Shown here: positions 38,772 through 47,836 of the stretch, in pieces
Position numbering within the stretch: the first letter of the stretch is position 1
How the letters are laid out: the number at the start of each line of letters is the position of its first letter
Notes under the pieces: model-generated
Seen by the model: only the letters and a program-made list of their open reading frames with translations
Told to the model about the DNA's origin: nothing
The model's database searches: none
Made by a program: the position numbers and the translations under genes
Origin: Enterobacteria phage GEC-3S
Sequence record: HE978309
Reading direction: 5' to 3' (one strand)
Length of the DNA: 64,000 nt

Positions 38772-39245
38772 CTATCTTAATCTTTGTATGAATTGTTTCT
38801 TATACTTCTTCGTGATTTCTTCTCGTGTATCAGCGTCGCAGTAATCGAAACCTTCTGCGTCCATAATAGCAACCATCTCCGCTCGTGTCAAGCGTGAAAA
38901 TCGTTTTACTTTATCAACAGCATATTGAGGATGTAAATGATTGTTGGTGTAGTCTCCTTTGATGTAATTAACATAGTTTGTAGCCCAAACAACGAAATCA
39001 GCACCTAAAGCACCAACACCAAACCGTTTAAAGTCTCCGGTCAACGATCCTTCTAGGCGGTTGCAACACGAATGAAGCAATCCCCTTACGCGGCCTTGCC
39101 CTTTCCCATCTAGATCGTGGTCGTGGTCAAGATGGTTTTTGCTCATATCCTCAAAAAGTGGCAATTGACAAAGGGGGCAAATGCCCCCCTGTTTTTCGAA
39201 TAGTTCTTGTTTGTACTCTTTAGCACTCTTAGCAGTCAGTAACAT
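38772..39245 (-). CDS. 49: recombination endonuclease VII (Holliday junction resolvase)
   Basis: 157 aa from ATG 39245 with SD GGAGGGTG; zinc site CPLCQ...CCNRLEG and HLDHDHD as in T4 gp49. Confidence 0.85.
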   Translation of the reverse strand: MLLTAKSAKEYKQELFEKQGGICPLCQLPLFEDMSKNHLDHDHDLDGKGQGRVRGLLHSCCNRLEGSLTGDFKRFGVGALGADFVVWATNYVNYIKGDYTNNHLHPQYAVDKVKRFSRLTRAEMVAIMDAEGFDYCDADTREEITKKYKKQFIQRLR

Positions 39246-39269
39246 AAATTCACCCTCCAAAGAAGGTAT

Positions 39270-39551
39270 TTAACCATTAATCTTGTTTTTGACTACAAAG
39301 GATCGGAACTCATCAAAACCACCGATATAATCACCATCATAGAAAATCTGCGGCATGGTGGCAATAACTTCTACCCCTGCGCGATCCTGAATATCGGCAA
39401 TGATAGAATCAATCTTTACCGGGCGACCGTTTTCGTCCACACCATCATTAACCGGAATGTAGATGTAAGGGATCTTACGCGCTTCACAAAGGCGCTTTGC
39501 ATTCTGGCAATACTTACAGTTGTAACCTTCAAAACCAAAAATTTCTACCAT
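39270..39551 (-). CDS. nrdC: thioredoxin/glutaredoxin (NrdC-like)
   Basis: 93 aa from ATG 39551 with SD GAGGT; CKYCQNAKRL redox motif; C-terminal PQIFYDGDYIGGFDEFR. Confidence 0.7.
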   Translation of the reverse strand: MVEIFGFEGYNCKYCQNAKRLCEARKIPYIYIPVNDGVDENGRPVKIDSIIADIQDRAGVEVIATMPQIFYDGDYIGGFDEFRSFVVKNKING

Positions 39552-39552
39552 G

Positions 39553-40308
39553 TTATACCTCATTCAGTTCTATATCAAGTTCATTTTCAATAATATAGGC
39601 ATTAACTGCCCGTGCCGCATCATCTTCTGTGTCAAATCTTCCTATATACACACCGCGAACTTTAGCACCGTAATTACCTTGTTTTGGTACTTTGTAAACG
39701 TATCTATGACGGGAACTTGCTGCTTTTTGGAGCTTCTTGCCATATTCAGACTTTGCATATTCTATATCATCAATCTCGTTTATACAAGACCTATCACCAA
39801 AATGTTTCAACGCTGCAAGATTATATGCATACGCCGCACCGATCTCGGAGGGAAAATATCCTAAATGTATAGACTTCCCATCCAACATTATTGCACCAGT
39901 CCAATAACCTTTATTCTTATTAAACGACACACCTTTATACTTCGAATATGTTTTGCATTTGGTCTTGCTCATATTCATATTATTTTGTTTGCTTGTCGTC
40001 TCTCTAAGGTTTTCAATGCGGCTATTATAACGATCTCGGTCTTTATGATCTATATACTTAGGACAATGACCATGAAACATATGATAGATAACACGGTGCA
40101 TACGTTCGTATCGCTCGCCAGTCCATACAATACGATACCCATCGGGGGTATCACTTCCAGCTAATCCGTTTATAACACCTTTTCGGTGCGGGTGAATCTT
40201 CCACCTAAGAAAACCATCATCATAATAAAACCGTGAATGATATAAATCATATAAACGTTTATCTTCTGGAGTCTTGTGTATAACCTCATATTTTAACATT
40301 GGTGACAT
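39553..40308 (-). CDS. HNH homing endonuclease with AP2-type DNA-binding domains
   Basis: 251 aa; HNH core IDHKDRDRYNSRIENLR; two AP2-like segments; overlaps both neighbours. Confidence 0.7.
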   Translation of the reverse strand: MSPMLKYEVIHKTPEDKRLYDLYHSRFYYDDGFLRWKIHPHRKGVINGLAGSDTPDGYRIVWTGERYERMHRVIYHMFHGHCPKYIDHKDRDRYNSRIENLRETTSKQNNMNMSKTKCKTYSKYKGVSFNKNKGYWTGAIMLDGKSIHLGYFPSEIGAAYAYNLAALKHFGDRSCINEIDDIEYAKSEYGKKLQKAASSRHRYVYKVPKQGNYGAKVRGVYIGRFDTEDDAARAVNAYIIENELDIELNEV

Positions 40309-41101
40309 AAACTTCCTTAGTATCGGATTTTTTACCCCCGCTACGATCTAAACAATATGTTTTATCCAGTTCAACAACAGAAACATCATTACGTTCGATA
40401 AAATCAAGCAAATGGTTGTTAACTTTCCCTTTGTGGTGAGTAACATTGCTTAATCCAAACTTAGCACCGCTAGACATTAATGATTCTATCCACATGTAGA
40501 ATTTAATCTCTTCTTCTTCACTCCAGAACTTATTATATTCTGCCGACGTGATCCAATATGGCGGATCAAGGAAAACGAAATCACCTGGCAAGATCTCGAT
40601 CTCGTCATAGCGACCAGACGTAAAACTGATTCGACCGTCTTTGTTTTCTTCCTTAAAATTCAGGACACGCTCTACCGCGTTTTCGTTAAAAGTCCGGCGA
40701 CCAAAATTAGCATTAAATTCTCCCTTTCGGTTATGGCGGTTAATGTTGCTAAAACTGTGCTGAATCAACACAAACAGCGATAGCGGATCTGGATTCTCGT
40801 TATACTTCTTACGGAATGTCATGTAAGCGTCTTTATCTTCGCGAGACAAACCATTTTCGGCAATAATACGCTTGATCGTAGAAACCGGATCAGGACACTC
40901 GTCAATCGCTTTGTACGCGTCAATTAAGCGGTGATCATAGTCATTAGCCAGCACATCACCTTCGACGTACAGAGACACGCTCAAGCCTCCACAGAAGGCA
41001 TCAACAAAGCGGTTATAGCGCTTAGGGAAATACTTACTAACACCTGGCAATAGCTTTTCCTTATTGCCAGTATAGGGAATTAAACCTAATGCTTTCTTCA
41101 T
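40286..41101 (-). CDS. dam: DNA adenine methyltransferase
   Basis: 271 aa; motif I FVDAFCGGLSV and motif IV DPPY; close to T4 Dam sequence. Confidence 0.9.
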   Translation of the reverse strand: MKKALGLIPYTGNKEKLLPGVSKYFPKRYNRFVDAFCGGLSVSLYVEGDVLANDYDHRLIDAYKAIDECPDPVSTIKRIIAENGLSREDKDAYMTFRKKYNENPDPLSLFVLIQHSFSNINRHNRKGEFNANFGRRTFNENAVERVLNFKEENKDGRISFTSGRYDEIEILPGDFVFLDPPYWITSAEYNKFWSEEEEIKFYMWIESLMSSGAKFGLSNVTHHKGKVNNHLLDFIERNDVSVVELDKTYCLDRSGGKKSDTKEVYVTNVKI

Positions 41102-41532
41102 TATCCCTTCCTCAAATAAGTTCGCTCAATCTCTACCCGTTCGAAAAAATCTTGCCAGTCGCAAGGAAAATTGCAGTTTCCGAAATGATCCTCTTTGTAA
41201 AGTTCTTTACCGGATGGCAGCTTAATATCTGTTACGCTGTAGTATCCGCAACAATCGCAATCACCATCTGTATATTCTGTTTTGGTAGGAATATCCATCA
41301 TTGCCAGATACAAAGGTACATCGTCTTGCTCAAAGTTCATGTAACCTTCATGGTCGAATGAAACAAAGTTATCATCGCCACCGAAAGGGATATAATGGTC
41401 ATAATCGGTTACAGGTTGACCGTGCAATTCCCATTCTACAATTTTAACATTACCGCTAAACTTGATACCCATAATTTCAACAAGAAAATGAGTATCGTCA
41501 ATGTAAATCTTACTAGGAGTTGGATAACCCAT
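41101..41532 (-). CDS. hypothetical Cys-rich protein (143 aa)
   Basis: ATG with SD GAGGATTATATA. Confidence 0.5.
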   Translation of the reverse strand: MGYPTPSKIYIDDTHFLVEIMGIKFSGNVKIVEWELHGQPVTDYDHYIPFGGDDNFVSFDHEGYMNFEQDDVPLYLAMMDIPTKTEYTDGDCDCCGYYSVTDIKLPSGKELYKEDHFGNCNFPCDWQDFFERVEIERTYLRKG

Positions 41533-41542
41533 TATATAATCC

Positions 41543-41836
41543 TCATATCTCAGAGAATAGAATCTCTGTTAGCTTCACTGACTGCTCTCTGAATGTTAGC
41601 GTATACTCGAAAGGAAAGTCAACACCCAACTTCAAAAGAGAATAGCCTACCGCCTCTTTATGCTTATCGGTTAGGGCGATCCTAACCAATTCCCGTTGAA
41701 TCTCTTTAGGCGGTGAATGGATAGTAACACGGGTATCATGTAATGTCCAGTCACCATTTCGAATTAAGATTAACGGTTTATCATCATTGAAGATCACCGA
41801 CCCCTTTCCGGTCGGTGAGTGTTTTATACTAATCAT
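41543..41836 (-). CDS. hypothetical protein (97 aa)
   Basis: ATG 41836; track M1 is TTG. Confidence 0.45.
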   Translation of the reverse strand: MISIKHSPTGKGSVIFNDDKPLILIRNGDWTLHDTRVTIHSPPKEIQRELVRIALTDKHKEAVGYSLLKLGVDFPFEYTLTFREQSVKLTEILFSEI

Positions 41837-42050
41837 CAAATTCTAAGAAATATTCTGGAACGATATAACCGTTAAAGTCATTGCACTTATAAAAATGTGG
41901 TGCATTTAATGCTGGATGAGCATTAGTAAAGAGTTTACCCTCTAGAAACAGAATGTAATTAATCGGTCTAATACCGACAGAATCAGGGTCTAAACCTTTT
42001 TCTTTCAGTTCAGCCAGCGTTAAAACTCGTCCAGATCTTAACTTAGCCAT
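41829..42050 (-). CDS. hypothetical protein (73 aa)
   Basis: ATG; overlaps neighbours. Confidence 0.45.
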   Translation of the reverse strand: MAKLRSGRVLTLAELKEKGLDPDSVGIRPINYILFLEGKLFTNAHPALNAPHFYKCNDFNGYIVPEYFLEFDD

Positions 42051-42336
42051 GATTTACCCCCAATTCATCAAGATTATGTCGCAGCATTTCAGAGTATTTT
42101 TCTACTTCCTTAATCTTAGTGTGGATCTCCACGATCTCATCCACACTATCAGAAATTTTAATGGCATTCGCGAGCGTGCTTTTACCCGCTTTCACAGTCT
42201 CTTTCATTTCAACCAACATGTCCGCGTGTTTCAATAGTAATTCTTCACGTCGAACATAAGCGGCGGTCAAAGCCTCATCAGCGATTTCTAAAGCATTTTC
42301 AGCGACACCAACAACCATTTTACGAGTAGACAGCAT
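42043..42336 (-). CDS. hypothetical protein (97 aa)
   Basis: ATG with SD GAGGTGA. Confidence 0.45.
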   Translation of the reverse strand: MLSTRKMVVGVAENALEIADEALTAAYVRREELLLKHADMLVEMKETVKAGKSTLANAIKISDSVDEIVEIHTKIKEVEKYSEMLRHNLDELGVNHG

Positions 42337-42350
42337 AAATTCACCTCACA

Positions 42351-42659
42351 TTATTTCACGTTAACGCCGTCATCAATCCAGCCGACGCTATTTGGTTTAA
42401 CAGTTTTACCATAGGATGCATACTTAATCAAGCATGGTTTAACATCATTATCAAATCTTCCTAAACGTACTCCCAAATCAGGAATATCCATGTATGCGGC
42501 TTTATATCCCCATGTGCCATATTCAGAATCAATCTCAACCGGACGGCCTTTAAAAGCATACACTACACCGTGACGGTCAACGATAACATAGCAATAGCCA
42601 GCCGGAAGATACACCGTTTCTCCGTAAACTTTAACTGGAGTAGCAGAAGAGATAAACAT
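42351..42659 (-). CDS. hypothetical protein (102 aa)
   Basis: ATG with conserved leader GAGGATTATATT. Confidence 0.5.
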   Translation of the reverse strand: MFISSATPVKVYGETVYLPAGYCYVIVDRHGVVYAFKGRPVEIDSEYGTWGYKAAYMDIPDLGVRLGRFDNDVKPCLIKYASYGKTVKPNSVGWIDDGVNVK

Positions 42660-42693
42660 AATATAATCCTCACATCGTTCATTTGATGCGGTT

Positions 42694-42722
42694 ATTATAG
42701 GATAACCGCATTTTCATGTCAA
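42694..42722 (-). promoter_or_regulatory. early promoter (TTGACA-N17-TATAAT)
   Basis: minus-strand read. Confidence 0.5.
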
Positions 42723-42729
42723 CAGTTTT

Positions 42730-43038
42730 TTAAAAATCTTCTTCCGGTTTATATCGACCGTCATCGACTGGTTTTGGACTGAATCCTTTATGCGTGCGCG
42801 GCTTCGCTTCCGGTTTCCCCGCGATCGACAGTCCAAGCCATTTAAGAAGTTTGTATGAGTAAGCGATGATCACAACTACCCACGTTAAAGGCCATACAAT
42901 AGAACAAATGGCATATGCTCCGGTATCGACCTCTTTGGTGTCCTTGTCGAATCTGGCATACAAGCAAATTATAAGATAGGTGATCATTGCACCAGTAGGC
43001 CAAATATAAAGCACATTAACAATATCTTGTGTTGTCAC
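42730..43038 (-). CDS. membrane protein (about 102 aa)
   Basis: start placed at GTG 43038 behind a perfect SD AAGGAGGA; two hydrophobic helices. Confidence 0.4.
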   Translation of the reverse strand: MTTQDIVNVLYIWPTGAMITYLIICLYARFDKDTKEVDTGAYAICSIVWPLTWVVVIIAYSYKLLKWLGLSIAGKPEAKPRTHKGFSPKPVDDGRYKPEEDF

Positions 43039-43048
43039 GTTATCCTCC

Positions 43049-43327
43049 TTACATGTCTTGCAGTGCATAAAAGCATTTTTCTTCGTAGTCATAGAAAATG
43101 TCAAAGTATGCTTTTTCTACATACTCACCATTGATCCAAGCGGCAGTAACAATCAGAGTGGTCCAGTTAGATCCGCTCTCAACGGTAAAGGTTTTAATAC
43201 CCAGCTTCGCTGCTAAGTCGAACGCAAACCGGACACAACCACGGCAGGAAGTGATATTGGAAGTTTTGATTTTAATGCCACCGCGAGTTTTAGAAATTTC
43301 TACTTTAGCGAAAGACAGGTTGCTCAT
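43049..43327 (-). CDS. hypothetical protein (92 aa)
   Basis: ATG with leader CTTAAGGAGAATCAAA. Confidence 0.5.
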   Translation of the reverse strand: MSNLSFAKVEISKTRGGIKIKTSNITSCRGCVRFAFDLAAKLGIKTFTVESGSNWTTLIVTAAWINGEYVEKAYFDIFYDYEEKCFYALQDM

Positions 43328-43369
43328 TTTGATTCTCCTTAAGAAAGTGTGTTTCGTTTTGATGTGTTT

Positions 43370-43398
43370 AGTATAGGGGATACGTGATCCCCTGTCAA
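43370..43398 (-). promoter_or_regulatory. early promoter (TTGACA-N17-TATACT); spacer palindrome GGGGAT-ACGTG-ATCCCC
   Basis: minus-strand read. Confidence 0.5.
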
Positions 43399-43414
43399 CA
43401 ACTTTTTTATGATT

Positions 43415-43735
43415 TTAGTGAATTAACTCTACACCAAAATGAGGCACAGAGAACGCCTTACGAAACACATATTCATCATGTTTAGGAATCGCCCCTAACC
43501 GCTCTATTTCGCTCGCTGACACGATAAACCGCTTATCTGGTGCATTTACCTTATATGCTTCAACAACGCACGGAAAACGCGTTTTATCGAGTTCTGGATA
43601 GTTTTCCGAATCCATCAGGACAATGAATACCCTATTACATTGATTGTAGAATCCTGTTTTTGATTTCATCAAGTTTTCTTCTATGTTCAAGTCGTGCAAT
43701 CTTCTTTTCATGATTTCGTTGGTTCTTGTCTTCAC
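43415..43735 (-). CDS. hypothetical protein (start uncertain)
   Basis: overlaps the upstream ORF by about 100 nt in another frame; could be a shorter gene or a frameshifted continuation. Confidence 0.3.
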   Translation of the reverse strand: MKTRTNEIMKRRLHDLNIEENLMKSKTGFYNQCNRVFIVLMDSENYPELDKTRFPCVVEAYKVNAPDKRFIVSASEIERLGAIPKHDEYVFRKAFSVPHFGVELIH

Positions 43736-43973
43736 AGTTTACCCACTCAACAAGATCTTTACCTAACTCGAAAGCCCATTCTCGGTCCTGCTTTACGTTT
43801 TGTAGGTATGGACTTTCCGACACTCGACGAAGTGATGTTGTCGTAACAAGAATGATCCCAGGAATGTTCGGATGTTCCTTTCCATATACAATAGGACGCG
43901 AGTCACTATCAATACCTTGTAAGAAGGTGTATCCTGAATCACTTAGAATCATATACTTTTTCATTTCACACAT
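43635..43973 (-). CDS. hypothetical protein (112 aa)
   Basis: ATG 43973 with SD GAGGAA. Confidence 0.45.
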   Translation of the reverse strand: MCEMKKYMILSDSGYTFLQGIDSDSRPIVYGKEHPNIPGIILVTTTSLRRVSESPYLQNVKQDREWAFELGKDLVEWVNCEDKNQRNHEKKIARLEHRRKLDEIKNRILQSM

Positions 43974-44230
43974 CACAGTTTCCTCAACCAGTTATTAAAG
44001 CTAGCAAACCATGATGCTTTTCGTGCTTCTTTGACTTTATGTGCACGTAAACCACTGAAACACCATTCATAATCATCACTGAAACATGATTCAACAGGAA
44101 CACCCGCATTTCGTAGTTCTCTGGTCGTTATCATGAATCCTTGACATAATGGGCGACCTTCAACAATGATAGGAAGTTTAACTTTTTCCATGAAAGTATA
44201 CCCAGCACGGTCAATAATTTCAATCTTCAT
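43973..44230 (-). CDS. paralog family C protein (85 aa)
   Basis: MKIEIIDRAGYTFM...; ATG with SD GAGGATTATATT. Confidence 0.5.
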   Translation of the reverse strand: MKIEIIDRAGYTFMEKVKLPIIVEGRPLCQGFMITTRELRNAGVPVESCFSDDYEWCFSGLRAHKVKEARKASWFASFNNWLRKL

Positions 44231-44248
44231 AATATAATCCTCAATTAG

Positions 44249-44446
44249 TTATACCGCCCAGGCTTCATTTGCACGAAAACACCATTCATATTCAGGAAAA
44301 TAACCTTTAATTGGTACGCCAGCTTTTTGTAGTTCCTGCGTTTCTACAAGATAATCAAGCCCATAACGACGACCTTCCACGATGATCGGAAGTTTAACGC
44401 CATTCATGAAAGAAAATCCACCGTCATCAATAATTTCAATTTTCAT
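44249..44446 (-). CDS. paralog family C protein (65 aa)
   Basis: MKIEIIDDGGFSFM...; SD GGAGA. Confidence 0.5.
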   Translation of the reverse strand: MKIEIIDDGGFSFMNGVKLPIIVEGRRYGLDYLVETQELQKAGVPIKGYFPEYEWCFRANEAWAV

Positions 44447-44690
44447 TTACATTATCTCCATAGATCTTTCCAGCAATATCAATTTCACCAGCGCGAACAT
44501 CTAGGATAAGATGCGGTAGGTGTATGCAGTTTTCCCACCCCACGCGCTTCATTTCTTCTACGGTAACGTAAGCCCACCCGTTCGCTGTAATAAAGTCTAC
44601 TTCAACCTTGAGAGGAAAGCAAGACTTTTCTATGTCTTCGAATCCGACAATATGTTTTGTTGTTGAATATGGAATATATCCGGTGATCAT
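44436..44690 (-). CDS. hypothetical protein (84 aa)
   Basis: ATGA overlap. Confidence 0.45.
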   Translation of the reverse strand: MITGYIPYSTTKHIVGFEDIEKSCFPLKVEVDFITANGWAYVTVEEMKRVGWENCIHLPHLILDVRAGEIDIAGKIYGDNVNEN

Positions 44691-45121
44691 TTTGTGATCT
44701 CCTTATACTCAACACACCATAAGCGGGTAGCCCATGATAAACGCTCATAACGCTGGCAGAAATCGGACCATAGATATTGTGTACCGTCTTGCATAGTTGA
44801 AATATGCGTTTTCTCGCCCACTTTCACGAAAGATGTATTTGACTTCGTGATCACGACCGGAGTATATCCGAAAGCGGGTTCCAACTCAACATCTGAACTA
44901 AATGCCAATTTAACAGAATTTGTTTTTCTGACCGCTGTCCGGTTTCCTTCTGGGTATAGCACAGCAGGTTTAGCTCCTAAGCGGATAAACTCAGTGTTTT
45001 TAATGAACAGAATATCATGATAACCGTCATATTCCGACACTTCCATAGTAACAGGAAAATCGATATGTGCTAAACCTGGTAGATCTCGCATATCATGAAA
45101 TGTAGCCATAATCTTTTTCAT
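44687..45121 (-). CDS. hypothetical protein (144 aa)
   Basis: start chosen at ATG 45121 with SD GTGAGGAA. Confidence 0.45.
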   Translation of the reverse strand: MKKIMATFHDMRDLPGLAHIDFPVTMEVSEYDGYHDILFIKNTEFIRLGAKPAVLYPEGNRTAVRKTNSVKLAFSSDVELEPAFGYTPVVITKSNTSFVKVGEKTHISTMQDGTQYLWSDFCQRYERLSWATRLWCVEYKEITK

Positions 45122-45131
45122 TCTATATTCC

Positions 45132-45329
45132 TCACTCTTCTGTTTCATTTCTTTTATATGGTACTATAACAGGATTAATACAGCAAGCACCAATTACGTT
45201 ATGAGCACCACAATTTAAGCATTTATAATCATGGAACTTATTAAGGAATCGACCAAACTCATAACCGACTAGCGCCGCTTGTACTTGAGTCTCGATCTCA
45301 TCCATATCAGCCAATGTTTTAACCTTCAT
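45132..45329 (-). CDS. hypothetical Cys-rich protein (65 aa)
   Basis: ATG with SD GAGGATTATACT; CLNCG...CC motif. Confidence 0.45.
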   Translation of the reverse strand: MKVKTLADMDEIETQVQAALVGYEFGRFLNKFHDYKCLNCGAHNVIGACCINPVIVPYKRNETEE

Positions 45330-45339
45330 AGTATAATCC

Positions 45340-45624
45340 TCAAATGGTAGTTTTGCGAAGATGGTCGTTACATGCTTTTAATGCATCAGTCGCGGTGTCA
45401 TAGCGAGTATTATCATAGCACCAGTAACCATCTGTCAACTGATAAATCAATCCATCTTTTTTAGCTTCGATGAAAGATAACTCTTTGAAAGTTTCTACTT
45501 TCTTTGCTGATACTCCACGGCGTTTATAGAGTTTAGCTAAAATGCGTTCAGCTTGTTCCTCTTTATCACCAGACAGATCCCAGATGATGTTTCGGATATG
45601 CTTGATTAATTGTTCAGTGGTCAT
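45340..45624 (-). CDS. hypothetical protein (94 aa)
   Basis: ATG with leader AAGGAGAATCAAAG. Confidence 0.5.
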   Translation of the reverse strand: MTTEQLIKHIRNIIWDLSGDKEEQAERILAKLYKRRGVSAKKVETFKELSFIEAKKDGLIYQLTDGYWCYDNTRYDTATDALKACNDHLRKTTI

Positions 45625-45653
45625 CTTTGATTCTCCTTAGTTGGTATGCGTGC

Positions 45654-45681
45654 ATTATAGCATTGTGATTATCTTTGTCAA
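45654..45681 (-). promoter_or_regulatory. early promoter (TTGACA-N16-TATAAT)
   Basis: directly downstream of terminator 45699-45718. Confidence 0.5.
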
Positions 45682-45698
45682 CACCCAAAAACAAAAAA

Positions 45699-45718
45699 GG
45701 CTACCCCGAAGGATAGCC
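45699..45718 (-). terminator. intrinsic terminator after the glycine-rich gene
   Basis: GGCUAUCC-UUCG-GGGUAGCC + UUUUUUGUUUUU on minus strand. Confidence 0.55.
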
Positions 45719-45725
45719 CATAAAA

Positions 45726-46505
45726 TTACACGCGAGCACCGTAGATCGTGCCTACTTTATCCCAGCGAGGGGCATTGCCAGTAACAGCCTTACCAGCCGC
45801 ACCACCGTTATATTCCGATCCCTGTCCACGGATATTACATTTACCACCAGCACCACCAGCATCACCACCGTTACCGCCATTATATACACCGTTTACAGAC
45901 CCTTTACCTGGCGCGGAAATAGTACCAGCAGTAGCACCCTGTTCCATATTAGCAGACCCACCGGCAGCACCAAACGGACGCCCACCGCCACCGCCAAAGG
46001 TTAATCTCATTTGTGAAAAAGGAGAATAATACCCACCGCCGCCGCCGCCACCACCACCGCAAATAGCGCCGTTATTTGTGATGCGTAAGCGTGTGCCTAT
46101 ACCGTTGTTAATTGCATTACCACCAGCGCCACCAGCGGAGTTATTGCCACCATTACCACCACGCCCCCAAACATGAACACCTGGGTTAATGATCAATGTT
46201 ACATATTCGTTTGTTAACGAGCTAGGGAAGTCAAGACAAGGAACTCCAGTAGATTGGGAAACAATATTACCCGTGATAGTAATTACTACCGGAGTAGATC
46301 CCTGTGCTTTCATCCAGTTAATAAGAGTGTCTTTATTGTAAGAGTTACTAGCACCAATGCTATAATGAATCTCTTTAGAGCGTCCGACCATTGCCGACAT
46401 ATACGCCGGACGACCTAAGCGAACAGCTTGCATTGCGGCGCTCATCCACCGTTGACCAGTCTCGGACACCGCAGATGATCCTACCCATCCAGAAGATATT
46501 GCCAT
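45726..46505 (-). CDS. glycine-rich protein (259 aa)
   Basis: ATG with SD GAGGAA; C-terminal two thirds dominated by GGxGG repeats including G9; function unknown. Confidence 0.6.
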   Translation of the reverse strand: MAISSGWVGSSAVSETGQRWMSAAMQAVRLGRPAYMSAMVGRSKEIHYSIGASNSYNKDTLINWMKAQGSTPVVITITGNIVSQSTGVPCLDFPSSLTNEYVTLIINPGVHVWGRGGNGGNNSAGGAGGNAINNGIGTRLRITNNGAICGGGGGGGGGYYSPFSQMRLTFGGGGGRPFGAAGGSANMEQGATAGTISAPGKGSVNGVYNGGNGGDAGGAGGKCNIRGQGSEYNGGAAGKAVTGNAPRWDKVGTIYGARV

Positions 46506-46521
46506 AAAATTTCCTCACAAG

Positions 46522-46541
46522 AAAAGCCCCAATTAAGGGGC
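46522..46541 (-). terminator. intrinsic terminator just upstream of the glycine-rich gene SD
   Basis: GCCCC-UUAAUU-GGGGC + UUUUCUU on minus strand. Confidence 0.5.
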
Positions 46542-46559
46542 ATTGATTGATAATATTAC

Positions 46560-46781
46560 TTAGATGACCTCTGCTTCACCATCCAGGAAGAAAGACCATG
46601 TTTTGTTAGGATAGCGAAGCGCCCATGATTCAGCAGTTTTAACACCAGCTTCGAACAATTGACGGCTGGTTACTTTAGCCATACCATCTTCGATGGCAAC
46701 GTTTTCAATAATCATCGGGTACTTAGCGCCACGCATGAAACCGAAACCAGCGGAAGATTTGATAATTTTAACAGTTGCCAT
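46560..46781 (-). CDS. paralog family C-like protein (73 aa)
   Basis: MATVKIIKSSAGFGFM...; leader GGAGAATCAAAA. Confidence 0.5.
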   Translation of the reverse strand: MATVKIIKSSAGFGFMRGAKYPMIIENVAIEDGMAKVTSRQLFEAGVKTAESWALRYPNKTWSFFLDGEAEVI

Positions 46782-46822
46782 TTTTGATTCTCCTAGAAAG
46801 TGTATCTCGTTTCGATGTGTGT

Positions 46823-46851
46823 ATTATGCAATAACACCGGAACGCTGTCAA
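46823..46851 (-). promoter_or_regulatory. early promoter (TTGACA-N17-CATAAT)
   Basis: followed by leader ACACACATCGAAACGAG. Confidence 0.5.
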
Positions 46852-46869
46852 CACTTTCTAAGAAAAATT

Positions 46870-47154
46870 TTAAACTAATCGAATGTAACCCAAAATTTCA
46901 GCACTTTTAGCCAGATCTAAAATTTCCCATTCAAGATCGCCGTAGTCATAATTTGCAACCATCAACTGACCATTTTTCATGCAGCAATCATGAGAGAAAA
47001 TTTGCCCCGCATAAACTACGATAGTGATAAACTTTCCTGATTCTGGCGGTGTGGAAGACAAAGCGACCATATGACCATTCAGCTTAGTCACCAGTGATGG
47101 AACAATAAAATTCGGGCTTACCTTAATACCGTTAAATTCGTTTGTGTCTTTCAT
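46870..47154 (-). CDS. hypothetical protein (94 aa)
   Basis: ATGA overlap. Confidence 0.45.
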   Translation of the reverse strand: MKDTNEFNGIKVSPNFIVPSLVTKLNGHMVALSSTPPESGKFITIVVYAGQIFSHDCCMKNGQLMVANYDYGDLEWEILDLAKSAEILGYIRLV

Positions 47155-47501
47155 GCCAGACCTCGCAAAACACTAATAGCATAATCATGCTGGTTATTCA
47201 TAATATCAATTGCATTGTGATAACGAGCTAAACCATCAAGGATAAATTCTTGTTTATCCTGTTTCAGTTTGGTATCACGCGCAGCCATAAGAGCATCGAG
47301 AACAGGTCCAAAGTGATTATCTAATTCATCTTCGGTTGCAATGTTTCCTATTGCCTCGTCGATCCGTGATTCTAATGCTTGCTTTTCGTTGATCACTTGC
47401 TGGGTATATTCCAACACATCAAGAATATCGCGGGTAACGTCGCCATGATAAGGTATTCCCGCATGAAGATGATCAATTAATCGCTGAATATCAATGTTCA
47501 T
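47151..47501 (-). CDS. hypothetical protein (116 aa)
   Basis: ATGA overlap. Confidence 0.45.
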   Translation of the reverse strand: MNIDIQRLIDHLHAGIPYHGDVTRDILDVLEYTQQVINEKQALESRIDEAIGNIATEDELDNHFGPVLDALMAARDTKLKQDKQEFILDGLARYHNAIDIMNNQHDYAISVLRGLA

Positions 47502-47836
47502 TTGTAACCCTCCTCTGAAAGCACATCCCAGATCGTTGAGTCAAGGTGCATTAAATTCCACATAATAGAGTCATAACTACCGAAGCCAGAAGTAAAAATT
47601 ACATCACACTGGCGATAGGTCTTATGAAAATCGGTGGCTGTCTCTGCATCAATCGGCATATCGTCACCAGAAAGCACCAGACATTTAAGAATCATAACTC
47701 TGTTAGCCGTTGGCGCTTGCTTAGTCTTTTCAGCATATTTTTCGATGATCCGTTTTGCCTTTTCTTCTTTGATACGTCCAGACCAAATCCGGTTTCGGTA
47801 TTGATTCATAATAATTTCAATCACATCATTTTGCAT
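47498..47836 (-). CDS. hypothetical protein (112 aa)
   Basis: ATG; SD GGAGA. Confidence 0.45.
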   Translation of the reverse strand: MQNDVIEIIMNQYRNRIWSGRIKEEKAKRIIEKYAEKTKQAPTANRVMILKCLVLSGDDMPIDAETATDFHKTYRQCDVIFTSGFGSYDSIMWNLMHLDSTIWDVLSEEGYK

